Shown: positions 1 to 10,259 of the stretch, piece by piece
Numbering within the stretch: position 1 is the first letter of the stretch
Layout of the letters: the number at the start of each line of letters is the position of its first letter
NCBI RefSeq assembly: GCF_041905455.1
Contig: NZ_JAYRLA010000001.1
Coordinates: forward strand, 297,737 to 361,736
Source: Methylocella sp.
GTDB lineage: Bacteria > Pseudomonadota > Alphaproteobacteria > Rhizobiales > Beijerinckiaceae
Direction: 5' to 3'
DNA: 64,000 nt
Program-made: the position numbers and the translations under genes
The notes under the pieces: generated by a model
Databases searched by the model: none
What the model saw: only the letters and a program-made list of their open reading frames with translations
Told to the model about the DNA's origin: nothing

Positions 1-765
1 ACGCTCGGCTTCATGCGCGCCATCGGCCTCGACCCCGAGTCGCATCAGGAGCTGCGCCAGACCGATTTCTACACTTCGCACGAGGCGCTGCTGCTCGGCT
101 ATGAAGAGGCGCTGACCCGCGTCGATTCGACGACCGGCGACTTCTACTCGACCTCGGGCCACATGATCTGGATCGGCGACCGCACGCGCCAGGAGGATCA
201 CGCCCATGTCGAATACATGCGCGGCGTGAAGAACCCGATCGGCCTCAAATGCGGGCCTTCGCTCACGCCCGACGGCCTTCTGCGGCTCATCGACGTGCTG
301 AACCCGGAGAACGAGGCGGGGCGCCTGACGCTGATCTGCCGCTTCGGCGTCGACAAGGTCGAGGCCGGGCTGCCGCAGCTCATCCGCGCCGTTCAGGCGG
401 AGGGGCGCAGCGTCGTGTGGTCGTGCGATCCGATGCATGGCAACACGGTCAAGGCCGCGGGCGGCTACAAGACGCGGCCGTTCGAGCGCATCATGAGCGA
501 GATCAGGAGCTTCTTTGAAGTCCACCGCGCCGAGGGGACCTATCCCGGCGGCGTGCATCTCGAGATGACCGGCAAGAACGTCACCGAATGCACCGGCGGC
601 GCGCGGGCGATCTCGGAAGCGGACCTGCGCGACCGCTACCACACCTATTGCGACCCGCGCCTCAACGCCGAGCAGGCGATCGAGGTGGCCTTCCTGATCG
701 CCGAGCTGTTGAAGGCGCGGCGCGACCAGAGGGGCCTCGCCGCGCATCCGGCGGCGGCGGAGTAG
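1..765 (+). CDS. 3-deoxy-7-phosphoheptulonate (DAHP) synthase, class II; C-terminal ~254 codons, 5' end outside the window
   Basis: The frame of ORF 13..765 stays open back to nt 1. The translation ([42 protein letters not shown]) is typical of class II DAHP synthases. Confidence 0.85.
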   Translation, partial: TLGFMRAIGLDPESHQELRQTDFYTSHEALLLGYEEALTRVDSTTGDFYSTSGHMIWIGDRTRQEDHAHVEYMRGVKNPIGLKCGPSLTPDGLLRLIDVLNPENEAGRLTLICRFGVDKVEAGLPQLIRAVQAEGRSVVWSCDPMHGNTVKAAGGYKTRPFERIMSEIRSFFEVHRAEGTYPGGVHLEMTGKNVTECTGGARAISEADLRDRYHTYCDPRLNAEQAIEVAFLIAELLKARRDQRGLAAHPAAAE

Positions 766-787
766 GCGTCCCGCAGCCGCGCGCCTC

Positions 788-1927
788 TCAGGACGCGCGC
801 GGCTCCTCGCGCACGCTCATGGCGTTGCCGCGCCAGGTGAAGTCGTCGACGAGCCAGGCGTCGAGATACATCGCCGGCAAAGCGAGGTCGCGGAGCGCGA
901 GCAGGAACGGCGTGCGCCACGACAGAGGCCAGCCGGCGGCGCGCGCCAGCGCCATTTCCGGCAGGTGCCAGCACGCGGCGACCGCCAGCGCGGCGGCGAG
1001 GACGCCAAGCGGGCCCAGGTCGGCGAGATGGGCGGCGTAGGCGCCGGCGAGGACGGCCGGCGCCGCGCCCGAGAAGATCTCGGGCGCGTAGAACAGCGGA
1101 AACGTCTTGCGGCGCATGCGCGCCCAGCGCGCCTGCCGCATCCAGACGTCGCGCAGGCTGCGCCGCCCGAGCGGCTGCTCGAACGGTCCCTCGACGAGAT
1201 CGACCCGCATTCCCTGCGCCTTGACGAGCTTGGTCGAGGCGGCGTCCTCGGCGATCTCCGCGCCGAGCGCGCGAATCCCCCCGCCGGCTTCCAGAACCGA
1301 CTTGCGCCACATCATGTTCTTGCCTTGCGCGAAGCCGCCGACGACGGCGGAGGCCGCGTATTGCCAGCGCGCCTCATAGGTGTTGAGGAAGGCGCATTCG
1401 AGCTCCGCCCACAGGTTCCGCGGTCGCGAGCCGAGCGGCATCGAGCATACGAGCCCGGCGTCCGGCCGCAACGCCGCCAGCATCCGCTGGATGTAATCCT
1501 TCGGCATCAGCACGTTGGAGTCGACGAGCGCGACGAAGCCGTGCGCCGCCGCGTCCCAGCCGCGCACGCAATTGTTGAGCTTGGGATTGGCCGACACATT
1601 CTCGTCGCCGACGATCAGCCGCGCCGGCACGTGCGCATTCCCGGCGATCAGCCGGCGCGCGAGAGGAACGACCGGATCATTGGCGCGGGCGACGCAGAGG
1701 ATCACTTCATAGTCGGGATAGTCGAGCGAAAAGGTCGAGGCCAGCGTCTCCTGCGAGAACGCCTCGAGCCCGCAGAGAGGGCGCACGATCGAAACGCCCG
1801 GCGCCGGCGCGGGCGCGGGGACGGGCGCCTTCGGCGGGCGCGCCCTGAAGAAGGCGATGACGACGCTCGCGAGATTGGTCAGGGTCAGCGCGGCGCAGAA
1901 AAGGATCGCCGCCAAGGTCGCCGTCAT
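788..1927 (-). CDS. Glycosyltransferase, family 21/GT2-like (ceramide glucosyltransferase-like), N-terminal TM helix
   Basis: ORF 788..2083. Internal ATG at 1927 gives MTATLAAILFCAALTL (TM helix), then VSIVRPLCGLE...DYPDYEVILCV...NPKLNN...VDSNV motifs. Start chosen by me. Confidence 0.7.
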   Translation of the reverse strand: MTATLAAILFCAALTLTNLASVVIAFFRARPPKAPVPAPAPAPGVSIVRPLCGLEAFSQETLASTFSLDYPDYEVILCVARANDPVVPLARRLIAGNAHVPARLIVGDENVSANPKLNNCVRGWDAAAHGFVALVDSNVLMPKDYIQRMLAALRPDAGLVCSMPLGSRPRNLWAELECAFLNTYEARWQYAASAVVGGFAQGKNMMWRKSVLEAGGGIRALGAEIAEDAASTKLVKAQGMRVDLVEGPFEQPLGRRSLRDVWMRQARWARMRRKTFPLFYAPEIFSGAAPAVLAGAYAAHLADLGPLGVLAAALAVAACWHLPEMALARAAGWPLSWRTPFLLALRDLALPAMYLDAWLVDDFTWRGNAMSVREEPRAS

Positions 1928-2024
1928 GAACGCGCTCCGGGAAAGCCTTCCTTGAGGAAGCTTCGGGACTTGGCGTAACGTCGCCGCGCCATGGCCGGCG
2001 TCGCCCTCAAGGATTCGGAAGTTT

Positions 2025-3383
2025 ATGCCGCACCCAATCGTCCGCTTCGCGCCGTCGCCGACGGGCGCGATCCACATCGGCAATGCGCGGACGGCTCTTT
2101 TGAACTGCCTGTACGCCGAAAAGCATCATGGCGACTTTATTCTTCGCTTCGATGACACCGACGCCGAACGCTCGCGCGAGGACTACGCCGCGGCGATCGA
2201 GGTCGACCTCGCCTGGCTCGGGATCGTCCCCGACCTGACGCTGCGCCAGTCGGCCCGCACGTCGCTTTACGACGCCGCGGCCGTGAGGCTGCGCGCCGCC
2301 GGCCGCCTCTATCCGTGCTACGAGACCGCCGAGGAGCTCGAGCGCAAGCGCCGCCTGCAGCAGGCGCGGGGACGCCCTCCCGTCTACGACCGCGCCGCGC
2401 TCGCCCTGTCCGCGCAGGAGCGCGCGGCGCTCGAGGCGCAGGGGCGGCGCCCGCACTGGCGCTTCCTGCTCGACCGGAAGACCGTGCGCTGGGACGACCT
2501 CATCCGCGGCGCGAGCCACGTCGAGACGGGCTCGCTCTCCGATCCGGTGCTGATCCGCGCCGACGGCAGCTATCTCTATACGCTGCCGTCGGTCGTCGAC
2601 GACCTCGACTGCAAGGTGAGCCTCGTCATCCGCGGCGAGGATCACGTCGCCAACACCGCCGTGCAGATTGAGCTGTTCGAGGCGCTCGGCGGGGAGGGCG
2701 CCGCGCCCCGCTTCGCCCATCACAATCTGCTCGCCTCGGCGAGCGGGGAGGGGCTGTCGAAGCGCACCGGCGCGCTGTCGATCGGCGGATTGCGCGAGGC
2801 CGGCGTCGAGGCGCTCGCGGTCGCCGCCTGCGCCGTGCAGATCGGCTCGTCGGCGGCGCTGCATCCGGTCGCTTCGCTGCGTCAGCTCGCGAGCGAGCTC
2901 GACCTCGCCCAGCTTTCGCGCAGCCAGGCGCGTTTCGACCTCGCCGAGCTCGAGGCCCTGTCGGCGCGCACGCTGCACGGCTTCGACTTCGAGGCGGCGC
3001 GCGAGCGGCTCGCCGCCCATGACGTCGTCGGCGCCAAGGCGGAGCCCTTCTGGCTCGCCGTGCGCGGCAATCTGCGCGTCTTCCTCGACGTCTTCGACTG
3101 GTGGCGCGTCGTCGAGGGCGAGATCGCGCCGCCCGAGCAGCCCGCCGAGAGCGAGTTCCTCGCCGCCGCCGCCGCCGCGCTGCCGCCCGAGCCTCTCGAC
3201 GCGACGAGCTGGAGCGCGTGGACCGCCGCCCTGAAGGAGAGCTCCGGCCGCAAGGGCAGGGCGCTGTTCCATCCGCTGCGCCTCGCGCTCACCGGGCGGG
3301 AGGACGGCCCGGAGCTCGCGGCGCTGCTGCCGCTGATCGGCCGCGTCAGAGCGTCGGCGCGACTACGCGGACGCGTCGCTTGA
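2025..3383 (+). CDS. gltX: Glutamate--tRNA ligase (short alphaproteobacterial GluRS paralog type)
   Basis: 452 aa. HIGH motif ([13 protein letters not shown]), GLSKR in the KMSKS position, and a C-terminal [11 protein letters not shown] anticodon-domain motif. Confidence 0.85.
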   Translation: MPHPIVRFAPSPTGAIHIGNARTALLNCLYAEKHHGDFILRFDDTDAERSREDYAAAIEVDLAWLGIVPDLTLRQSARTSLYDAAAVRLRAAGRLYPCYETAEELERKRRLQQARGRPPVYDRAALALSAQERAALEAQGRRPHWRFLLDRKTVRWDDLIRGASHVETGSLSDPVLIRADGSYLYTLPSVVDDLDCKVSLVIRGEDHVANTAVQIELFEALGGEGAAPRFAHHNLLASASGEGLSKRTGALSIGGLREAGVEALAVAACAVQIGSSAALHPVASLRQLASELDLAQLSRSQARFDLAELEALSARTLHGFDFEAARERLAAHDVVGAKAEPFWLAVRGNLRVFLDVFDWWRVVEGEIAPPEQPAESEFLAAAAAALPPEPLDATSWSAWTAALKESSGRKGRALFHPLRLALTGREDGPELAALLPLIGRVRASARLRGRVA

Positions 3384-4416
3384 CGCCGTCGGGCCCGACG
3401 ACCTCGCGCGTCTGCGCGTCGCCCTCCGGCGGCGGGGCGGCCGTCCGCCCCTGGGCGCCGGGCGCCGGCGACGCGGGAGCGGCCTTTGGCGCGGACAATT
3501 CGGCGGATTTCTCGGGCGTCACGAGGATGTCGCCCTTGCGCGACTGGCGCGCGGCTTCGGCGCCGGCGAGCGCGTCGACCCAGGACTGGCCGGGCGCCTT
3601 GCAGGAGCAGGCGGGATCGAAGGTCTTCTCGAACTTGCCGGCGTTGGGCATTTCCGAATAGGGCGCGCCCTCAAGCGAGACGGCGGTCTCGATCGTCCGG
3701 TCGGGGTTGCGCGTGAAGACCTCGACGGAGGCGTTGGGGCAAAGCGACTGGCAAAGGCTCGTCAGCTGGCCGGCGTCGGCGCCGCGCGCCGAGACGCCGA
3801 GCGGAAAGAAGCCGCCGTCGCAGGTGCGCACGCACACCGCCTGCGATCCGCCGCGCGGGCGCCCGTCAGCCTCCTCCTGCCGCGGCGCGTCCTCGGCTGG
3901 AACGGCCTGATCGGGCTGCGGCGGCGACTCGGACGCGCTCGGAATGCCGAACAGCTGCTCGAAGAAGCCGCGCTGACGCGGCGGCTGGTTGCGGCAATAG
4001 GTGTTGAAGCGCGCGACGAGCTCGACCCTCGCCGCCGCGCGGTCGGACGCGTCGCCGCGCGAGCGCGCCTGGCCGACCTGGTCCTGAAGCTGGCGAATCT
4101 GCGCGTTGAGCCCGGGGCAGCGCCCGCCATAGGCGTAGGGCGCCTGGTCGCAGCTCATCGACCGCGCGACGGCGATGAGGCGGTTCAGCTCGCCGAGCTG
4201 CTCGCGCGAGGGGCCGGGCCCCCGCGCCGCGCCGCCGCCGCGGTCGAGCTCGGCGATCTTCGCCTGCAGCCCGGAGCAGTCGTAGCCCTGCGCCAGCGCG
4301 CCCTGCGTCGCCGGCGCGAGCGCGAGAAGGAGGAGGGCGGGAAAGCGGAACGAACGGCGCGGACCCCACTTCGGGCGCCGCGAGGCCGGGCTGCGAGGTC
4401 TGGCGGATTCGGACAT
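3346..4416 (-). CDS. DUF2865-family secreted protein
   Basis: Signal-like N-terminus. C-terminal [12 protein letters not shown]...LCQSLCP...DPACSCK cysteine pattern characteristic of DUF2865. Convergent 38-nt overlap with gltX. Confidence 0.7.
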   Translation of the reverse strand: MSESARPRSPASRRPKWGPRRSFRFPALLLLALAPATQGALAQGYDCSGLQAKIAELDRGGGAARGPGPSREQLGELNRLIAVARSMSCDQAPYAYGGRCPGLNAQIRQLQDQVGQARSRGDASDRAAARVELVARFNTYCRNQPPRQRGFFEQLFGIPSASESPPQPDQAVPAEDAPRQEEADGRPRGGSQAVCVRTCDGGFFPLGVSARGADAGQLTSLCQSLCPNASVEVFTRNPDRTIETAVSLEGAPYSEMPNAGKFEKTFDPACSCKAPGQSWVDALAGAEAARQSRKGDILVTPEKSAELSAPKAAPASPAPGAQGRTAAPPPEGDAQTREVVGPDGVKRRVRVVAPTL

Positions 4417-4636
4417 CTTGGCGCTTCGGCGACCCCTTGCGGCGGCGCGCGGGACGCCGCGAATCTTCGTGGCGCCGCTTCATGGTGGAACCATGGCCTT
4501 CGCGCCGCGCGAGCCTTAATAATCCGTTCGCGGGCGTTTGGCGAACGGCTCGCGCCGGACGCGCGGCGAGGCCGCTTGCGGCGCAGGGGCCGCGCCGTCA
4601 TATCAGGGACGCCCCCGCAAGGAGAAGCCGAGCCCC

Positions 4637-5161
4637 ATGCCATCCAGATCGCCGCCCGCCGTCAGCCGCCTCGCCCTCGCGCTTCTGCTCGCCGCGTCGG
4701 CCGCAGGCCCCGCGCGCGCGGCCGAGCCCGAGCTCGTCTTCCGCAAGTCGACGGTGTTCAAGCTGCTGACGCCGGACGACAAGCTCGCCACCTATGAGCT
4801 CGACGATCCCGACGTCGACGGCGTCGCCTGCTATTACACCATTCCCGAGAAGGGCGGGGTCGCCGGCATATTCGGCGTGGCGGAGCAGGCCTCCGACGTT
4901 TCGCTCGCCTGCCGTCAATATGGCCCGGTCGTCTTCAAGGAGAAGTTCGAGCAGGGCGATGTCGTGCACCGCGAAAGCCGCTCGCTGATCTTCAAGCGGA
5001 TGCAGATCGTGCGCGGCTGCGACGCCAAGCGCAATGTGCTGATTTACATGGCCTATTCCGACAAGCTGATCGAGGGCTCGCCGAAGAACGCGACCTCGGC
5101 GGTGCCGGTGCAGCCGTGGGGCGGCGCCGAAGCGCCCAAATGCGGCGACTGGGTGAAGTAG
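4637..5161 (+). CDS. creA: CreA family protein (periplasmic)
   Basis: ATG at 4637 preceded by GGAGAAG. Signal peptide, then VDGVACYYT...RMQIVRGCDAKRNVLIYMAYSDKLIEGSPKN, typical of CreA. Confidence 0.8.
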   Translation: MPSRSPPAVSRLALALLLAASAAGPARAAEPELVFRKSTVFKLLTPDDKLATYELDDPDVDGVACYYTIPEKGGVAGIFGVAEQASDVSLACRQYGPVVFKEKFEQGDVVHRESRSLIFKRMQIVRGCDAKRNVLIYMAYSDKLIEGSPKNATSAVPVQPWGGAEAPKCGDWVK

Positions 5162-5170
5162 GCGGACGCC

Positions 5171-5497
5171 TCAGCTCGCGTCGGAGCAGGAGACGTAGAA
5201 GGAGCCGGGCGCCGCCGTCCCGGCCGGCAGCTCCTCGGCGCGGCCGAATCCCTGCACGCCCTTGAGGCCGTTCGCCTCGCACCAGGCGCTCGCCGCCATC
5301 GCGCCGCACGCGGAATGGTTTGTGAAGCATTCGCCGAAGCCGTAGCCGTCGTCGGCCGGAATGATCAGCGTGCGCGACTGCCCGGCCCTCGCCGAGGCTG
5401 CGAGCGCGGCGAGGGCGCAGGCGGCGCCGAGCGCCAGAAGCGTGGCGCGGAAGGCCGTTCTCGCGCCCGTCGCCGGCGCCCGTCCGGCGCGCGCCAT
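5171..5497 (-). CDS. Small secreted cysteine-containing hypothetical protein
   Basis: ORF 5171..5605. Internal ATG at 5497 gives a basic N-region plus an Ala/Leu h-region (TLLALGAACALAALAASARA), then a ~70-aa body with 4 Cys. Function unknown. Confidence 0.45.
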   Translation of the reverse strand: MARAGRAPATGARTAFRATLLALGAACALAALAASARAGQSRTLIIPADDGYGFGECFTNHSACGAMAASAWCEANGLKGVQGFGRAEELPAGTAAPGSFYVSCSDAS

Positions 5498-5933
5498 GCG
5501 TCCGCGCGGCCACGCGGCGCGGCGAGGCGACGTGAACGGAGCGAGGCGCGCGGCTTTGCCGGGGAAGGGCGTGACGAGGGTCATGGGCGCTCGGCTCAAG
5601 GTCAATGGAGGCTTTACGAAGCATCCGCAAGCCGACTGAAAATTCGGTTAAGCCGACGCCCCCGCGGCGTCGCGCAAGGGTGGAAAACCTTGACGCGGCG
5701 GCCCCGGCGCGCCTATAGCGGGCGAGATGGCGCGGGCTCCCCAATGTCGCCGGACGGGCGTTTCGTCCATTTGCTGAAGCTGGCGCGCGCGCCGGCCGGA
5801 GCCGTCCCGTCCCGTTTATGTCGCCTCCCCGTTCATAAACTCCGACAGCGACGTCTTCAGACGCTCGAAGGCCGGCGAGGCTCCGCGCTCCGGGCGGGCC
5901 GGAAGCGCCCGCCTCCCTGGGAACGGTCTTGAC

Positions 5934-7289
5934 ATGTCGTTGCGGCTCTACAACACGCTGACCCGCCGGAAGCAGGATTTCTCGCCGATCGACGCCAAGG
6001 ACGTGCGCGTCTACGCCTGCGGCCCGACGGTCTACGATCATCTGCACATCGGCAACGGCCGGATGCTGATCGTCTTCGACCTGCTGTTCCGCGTCCTGCG
6101 CCGCGCCTATGGCGCCGGCCATGTGCGCTACGTCCGCAACATCACCGACGTCGACGACAAGATCAACGCGCGCGCCGCCGAGCGCGGAATTCCGATCGGC
6201 GTCCTGACGGAGGAGATGACCGCGATCTTCCACGCGGACGCGGCGGGGCTCGGCTGCCTGCCGCCGACCGTCGAGCCGCGCGCCACCGGGCACATGGCCG
6301 AGATGATCGAGATCATCGGGCGGCTGATCGCCAACGGCTCGGCCTATCAGGCCGACGGCCATGTGCTGTTCGACGTGCCCTCGATGCCCGATTACGGGCG
6401 GCTGTCGCGCCGCCCGCTCGACGAGATGATCGCCGGCGCGCGCGTCGAGGTCGCGCCCTACAAGCGCGGGCCGATGGATTTCGTGCTGTGGAAGCCCGCC
6501 GCCGGGGACGAGCCCGGCTGGGACAGCCCGTGGGGGCGCGGACGGCCCGGCTGGCACATCGAGTGCTCGGCGATGAGCTGGCGCCATCTCGGAGAGGTCT
6601 TCGACATCCATGGCGGCGGGATCGACCTCGTCTTTCCCCACCACGAGAACGAGATCGCCCAGACGCGCTGCGCCTTCGGCCATCAGGTCATGGCCAATGT
6701 GTGGATGCACAACGGCCATCTGCAGGTCGAAGGCGAGAAGATGTCGAAGAGCCTCGGCAACTTCGTCACCATCCACGAGCTGCTGACGAGCGATAAGTTC
6801 GGCGGCCGAAGCTGGCCGGGCGGCGCGCTGCGCCTCGCCATGCTGCGCGCCCATTACCGCCAGCCGATCGACTTCACCGTCAGGGCGCTGGAGGAGGCCG
6901 AGCGCACGCTCGTCGAATGGCGCAGGGCGACGGACGGGGTCGAGCCGGAGGCGCCGGCCGAAGACGTCGTCGCCGCGCTCGCCGACGACCTCAACACGCC
7001 GCGCGCCATCGCCGAGCTGCACGCGCTGAAGGCGAAACGTCCCGGCGCGCTGCTCGGCGGGCTCGGACTGCTGGGGGTTTCTTTCGACGGTCTGCCTGCG
7101 GAGAGCGGCGCGCAGCCGCGCGAAGGCGCCGACTTCGCCGCTTTCATGGGCCTCATCGCCGAGCGCGAGGCGGCGCGGCGCCAAAAGAACTGGGCCGAAT
7201 CCGATCGGCTGCGCGACGCGCTCGCGGGGCTTGGCGTCGCGGTCAAGGACAACAAGGACGGAACGACGAGCTGGGAGTTCCGGCCTTGA
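5934..7289 (+). CDS. cysS: Cysteine--tRNA ligase
   Basis: 451 aa. [15 protein letters not shown] (HIGH), KMSKSLGN (KMSKS), Zn-ligand context HIECSAM. Confidence 0.95.
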   Translation: MSLRLYNTLTRRKQDFSPIDAKDVRVYACGPTVYDHLHIGNGRMLIVFDLLFRVLRRAYGAGHVRYVRNITDVDDKINARAAERGIPIGVLTEEMTAIFHADAAGLGCLPPTVEPRATGHMAEMIEIIGRLIANGSAYQADGHVLFDVPSMPDYGRLSRRPLDEMIAGARVEVAPYKRGPMDFVLWKPAAGDEPGWDSPWGRGRPGWHIECSAMSWRHLGEVFDIHGGGIDLVFPHHENEIAQTRCAFGHQVMANVWMHNGHLQVEGEKMSKSLGNFVTIHELLTSDKFGGRSWPGGALRLAMLRAHYRQPIDFTVRALEEAERTLVEWRRATDGVEPEAPAEDVVAALADDLNTPRAIAELHALKAKRPGALLGGLGLLGVSFDGLPAESGAQPREGADFAAFMGLIAEREAARRQKNWAESDRLRDALAGLGVAVKDNKDGTTSWEFRP

Positions 7290-7762
7290 GCGCGCCGCCC
7301 TCGCTGCGTCCCTATCTGCCGGCCGACCTGCCGCTGCTCTACGAGATCCGCCTTTCGGCGATCGAGGAGCTGACCGCCGAGGATTACGACGACGCGCAGC
7401 GGCGCGCCTGGGTCGAGGCGGCGAGCGACGAGGAGGAGCTCGGCGACAAGCTGAAGCGCGGCCTCAGCCTCGTCGCCTTGCGCGACGGCGCGGCGGTCGG
7501 CTTCGTCGTCTTCGCCGACGGGCTCGTCGACCAGCTCTACGTCCATCCCTCGGTCGCCCGCGCCGGCGTCGGCGACGCGCTCGTCGACGCCGTCGAGAAG
7601 CTCGCCGGCGCGCGGGGGCTGAAGGCCGTCGAGGTCGACGCCAGCGACACGGCCAAGCCGCTGTTCGACCGGCGCGGCTATGTCGCGCAGCGCCGCAACA
7701 CCGTCCAGATCGACGACGTATGGCTTGGAAACACGCGCATGAAGAAGGTCCTCGCGCCATGA
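7286..7762 (+). CDS. GNAT family N-acetyltransferase
   Basis: In-frame TTG at 7286 overlaps the cysS stop, and the stop overlaps the cimA ATG (ATGA). [25 protein letters not shown] is the acetyl-CoA binding motif A. Start uncertain. Confidence 0.6.
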   Translation: MSAPPSLRPYLPADLPLLYEIRLSAIEELTAEDYDDAQRRAWVEAASDEEELGDKLKRGLSLVALRDGAAVGFVVFADGLVDQLYVHPSVARAGVGDALVDAVEKLAGARGLKAVEVDASDTAKPLFDRRGYVAQRRNTVQIDDVWLGNTRMKKVLAP

Positions 7763-9417
7763 CGCAGGAGGCTTGGACGCAGGACGCTCTCGTCAACGCC
7801 GACGCGCCGTCGGCGCCGCTTGCGCCCGCCGTCGCGAAGGAGCGGCTCACCCTGTTCGACACGACGCTGCGCGACGGCGCGCAGACGACCGGCGTCGATT
7901 TCTCGCTCGCCGACAAGCGCCGCATCGCCGCCATGCTGGACGAGCTTGGCCTCGACTACGTCGAGGGCGGCTATCCCGGCGCCAATCCGACCGACACGGA
8001 GTTCTTCGCCGAGCCGCCGCGCTTCTCCCATGCGCGCTTCGCCGCCTTCGGCATGGTGCGGCGCGCCGGGCGCTCGCTCGACAACGACCCCGGCCTGTCG
8101 GCGCTGTTCGCGGCGCGGGCGGACACGATCGTCTTCGTGGCGAAATCCTGGGACTATCACGTGCGTGTCGCGCTCGGCGTGAGCCTTGAGGAAAACCTCG
8201 ACGCGATCCGCCAGTCGGTCGCGGCGGCGCGGGCGCGGGGGCGCGAGGCGATCGTCGACTGCGAGCACTTCTTCGACGGTTTCAAGGCGAACCCGGACTA
8301 TGCGCTGCGCGTGGTCGAGGCCGCCCTTGGCGCCGGCGCGCGCTGGGCGGCGCTGTGCGACACCAACGGCGGCAGCCTGCCGCATGAGGTGGAGCGCGTC
8401 GTCAAAGCTGTGTGCGCCCGTTTTCCGGGCGAAAAAATCGGCGTCCACACCCACAACGACACCGAGCAGGCGGTGGCCAATTCGCTCGTCGCCGTGCGCG
8501 CCGGAGCGCGCATGATCCAGGGCGCGCTGAACGGCCTCGGCGAGCGCTGCGGCAACGCCAACCTCACCTCGATCATTCCGACGCTGCTGCTGAAGCCCGA
8601 TTTTTCCGACCGCTTCGAGATCGGCGTCGAGCGCTCGAAACTGGCCGATCTGAGCAAGGTCAGCCACACGCTCGACGAGCTTTTGAACCGCGCGCCGAAC
8701 CGCCACGCCCCTTACGTCGGCGCCTCCGCCTTCGCCACCAAGGCGGGCATCCACGCCTCGGCGCTCGCCAAGGAGCCGAAGACCTACGAGCATGTCCCGC
8801 CCGATGCGGTCGGCAATTCGCGTCGCCTGCTCGTCTCGGTGCAGGCCGGCAAGTCGAACCTCCTCGCCGAGCTTGCGCGCATCGGCGTCAGGCTCGACAA
8901 GGACGATCCGCGCCTGCCGCGCCTGCTCGACGCGGTGAAGGACAAGGAGGCGCAGGGCTACGCCTATGAAGGCGCCGACGCCTCCTTCGCGCTGCTCGCG
9001 CGCGGCGTCCTTGGCGAGGTCCCGAATTTCTTCGAGGTCGAGCGCTTCCGCGTCGACGTCGAGCGCCGCCACAACGCGCAGGGCGAGCTCGTCACGGTCT
9101 CGGAGGCGGTGGTCAAGCTCGTCGTCGACGGCGAGACGATGATCTCGGCCGCGGAGGGGCAGGGGCCGGTCAACGCCCTCGACCTTGCGCTGCGCAAGGA
9201 CCTCGGCCGCTACCAGCGCTTCATCGAGGATCTGGAGCTCGTCGACTATCGCGTGCGCGTCTTCCAGGGCGGCACCGACGCCGTGACGCGCGTGCTCGTC
9301 GAGTTCCGCGACGCCTCGGGCGACACCTGGTCGACGGTCGGCGTGTCGCCGAACATCATCGACGCCTCGTTTCAGGCGCTGACCGACGCGCTGACCTACA
9401 AGCTGCTGAAGTCTTAG
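7759..9417 (+). CDS. cimA: Citramalate synthase / 2-isopropylmalate synthase family (CimA-like, 552 aa)
   Basis: ATG at 7759 inside ORF 7231..9417. LFDTTLRDGAQ, HTHNDTEQAVANSL, and a C-terminal LeuA-dimerisation-like domain. Confidence 0.8.
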   Translation: MTQEAWTQDALVNADAPSAPLAPAVAKERLTLFDTTLRDGAQTTGVDFSLADKRRIAAMLDELGLDYVEGGYPGANPTDTEFFAEPPRFSHARFAAFGMVRRAGRSLDNDPGLSALFAARADTIVFVAKSWDYHVRVALGVSLEENLDAIRQSVAAARARGREAIVDCEHFFDGFKANPDYALRVVEAALGAGARWAALCDTNGGSLPHEVERVVKAVCARFPGEKIGVHTHNDTEQAVANSLVAVRAGARMIQGALNGLGERCGNANLTSIIPTLLLKPDFSDRFEIGVERSKLADLSKVSHTLDELLNRAPNRHAPYVGASAFATKAGIHASALAKEPKTYEHVPPDAVGNSRRLLVSVQAGKSNLLAELARIGVRLDKDDPRLPRLLDAVKDKEAQGYAYEGADASFALLARGVLGEVPNFFEVERFRVDVERRHNAQGELVTVSEAVVKLVVDGETMISAAEGQGPVNALDLALRKDLGRYQRFIEDLELVDYRVRVFQGGTDAVTRVLVEFRDASGDTWSTVGVSPNIIDASFQALTDALTYKLLKS

Positions 9418-9475
9418 GTATGGCGTTGAAATTTCAAATGAAACAAGAGTGTTGCTATATAATTAATGTTTAATA

Positions 9476-10165
9476 TCACGGGTTTTTAATATGACAATCG
9501 AGTTTTGTAATAATTAATGAAATCTTATCGCTCGTGGCCCCCAAATTAATTGCTTCAGAACGTAATTTATTAATTTCGAGCAATATGGTAGATTTTGCTA
9601 ACGCGGCTTCTTTGTCGCCTTCGTGCAACTCAGCGACATGCACAGCCATTTCCATTCGTGGTAAAATGCCATTTTTCTTGTTTCTTAAATTAATAACAAT
9701 TTGTCTGTAGGGCGCACTTAACTCAGAAGATGTAAAAAGGTAATTTGCCTCATAAAGCGCTGAAAATAAATTTTGAGTTGTATCCGTGACGTCTTTAATT
9801 TGCGCTATAAAAATGTCTGTCTCTAACGTGGTGTCATTTGAGACATAACGATCGGCAGTTTCCGCGAGGCTTAATTTATTGCTTGCCAGTAAATTAATAT
9901 TACTTTGAATTTTTGATAATTGACCTTTATCTTTGAGGCAGACCACGGTGTCAGCTACGTTGATAATTAGATTGCCGCCGAAACGAACGGCGTCAAAAAC
10001 CTCCTTTAATTGCTTGCCAATATCTCCGTTAGAAACGGCACTTAAGATATTTGACCAACTAAACTGTGCGTTTGCGGTAGGCAAAATAGACGTATAAAAT
10101 ACAAAAGTAATTATAATTACATAAAAGAAATGACGAAAATTACCAAGCATTACCGCAGCCGGCAT
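9476..10165 (-). CDS. Orphan AT-rich hypothetical protein with N-terminal signal/anchor segment (229 aa)
   Basis: Only long ORF in a ~0.85 kb block of about 30 percent G+C. Hydrophobic N-terminus FFYVIIITFVFYTSILPTANA then QF. No recognisable motif. Confidence 0.55.
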   Translation of the reverse strand: MPAAVMLGNFRHFFYVIIITFVFYTSILPTANAQFSWSNILSAVSNGDIGKQLKEVFDAVRFGGNLIINVADTVVCLKDKGQLSKIQSNINLLASNKLSLAETADRYVSNDTTLETDIFIAQIKDVTDTTQNLFSALYEANYLFTSSELSAPYRQIVINLRNKKNGILPRMEMAVHVAELHEGDKEAALAKSTILLEINKLRSEAINLGATSDKISLIITKLDCHIKNP

Positions 10166-10259
10166 GTTTAAATACCTTTACGCTATTTATATATTACATA
10201 CATATTATCATATTTAAAAATATAAATAAAAATGAGAGAAAAAGCAAGTGTAAACGGTT

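Noticed and set aside
6552-6566. TGGCAC-N5-GTGC, sigma-54-like -24/-12 element.
   Set aside because: It lies inside the cysS coding sequence (codons for GWHIECS), the -12 element is imperfect, and no downstream gene would be served.
4992-7184. 730-aa ORF antisense to cysS. Similar very long antisense or off-frame ORFs occur elsewhere, for example 18274..19524 opposite trpB, 32089..33945 opposite the kinase, 36951..39056 opposite ftsI, 38999..40714, 46339..48102, 52322..54355 and 58599..61127 opposite ligA.
   Set aside because: Their translations are Arg/Ala/Gly/Pro-rich low-complexity strings with no motifs. They lie opposite genes with unmistakable conserved motifs. Long stop-free antisense frames are expected at this G+C content.
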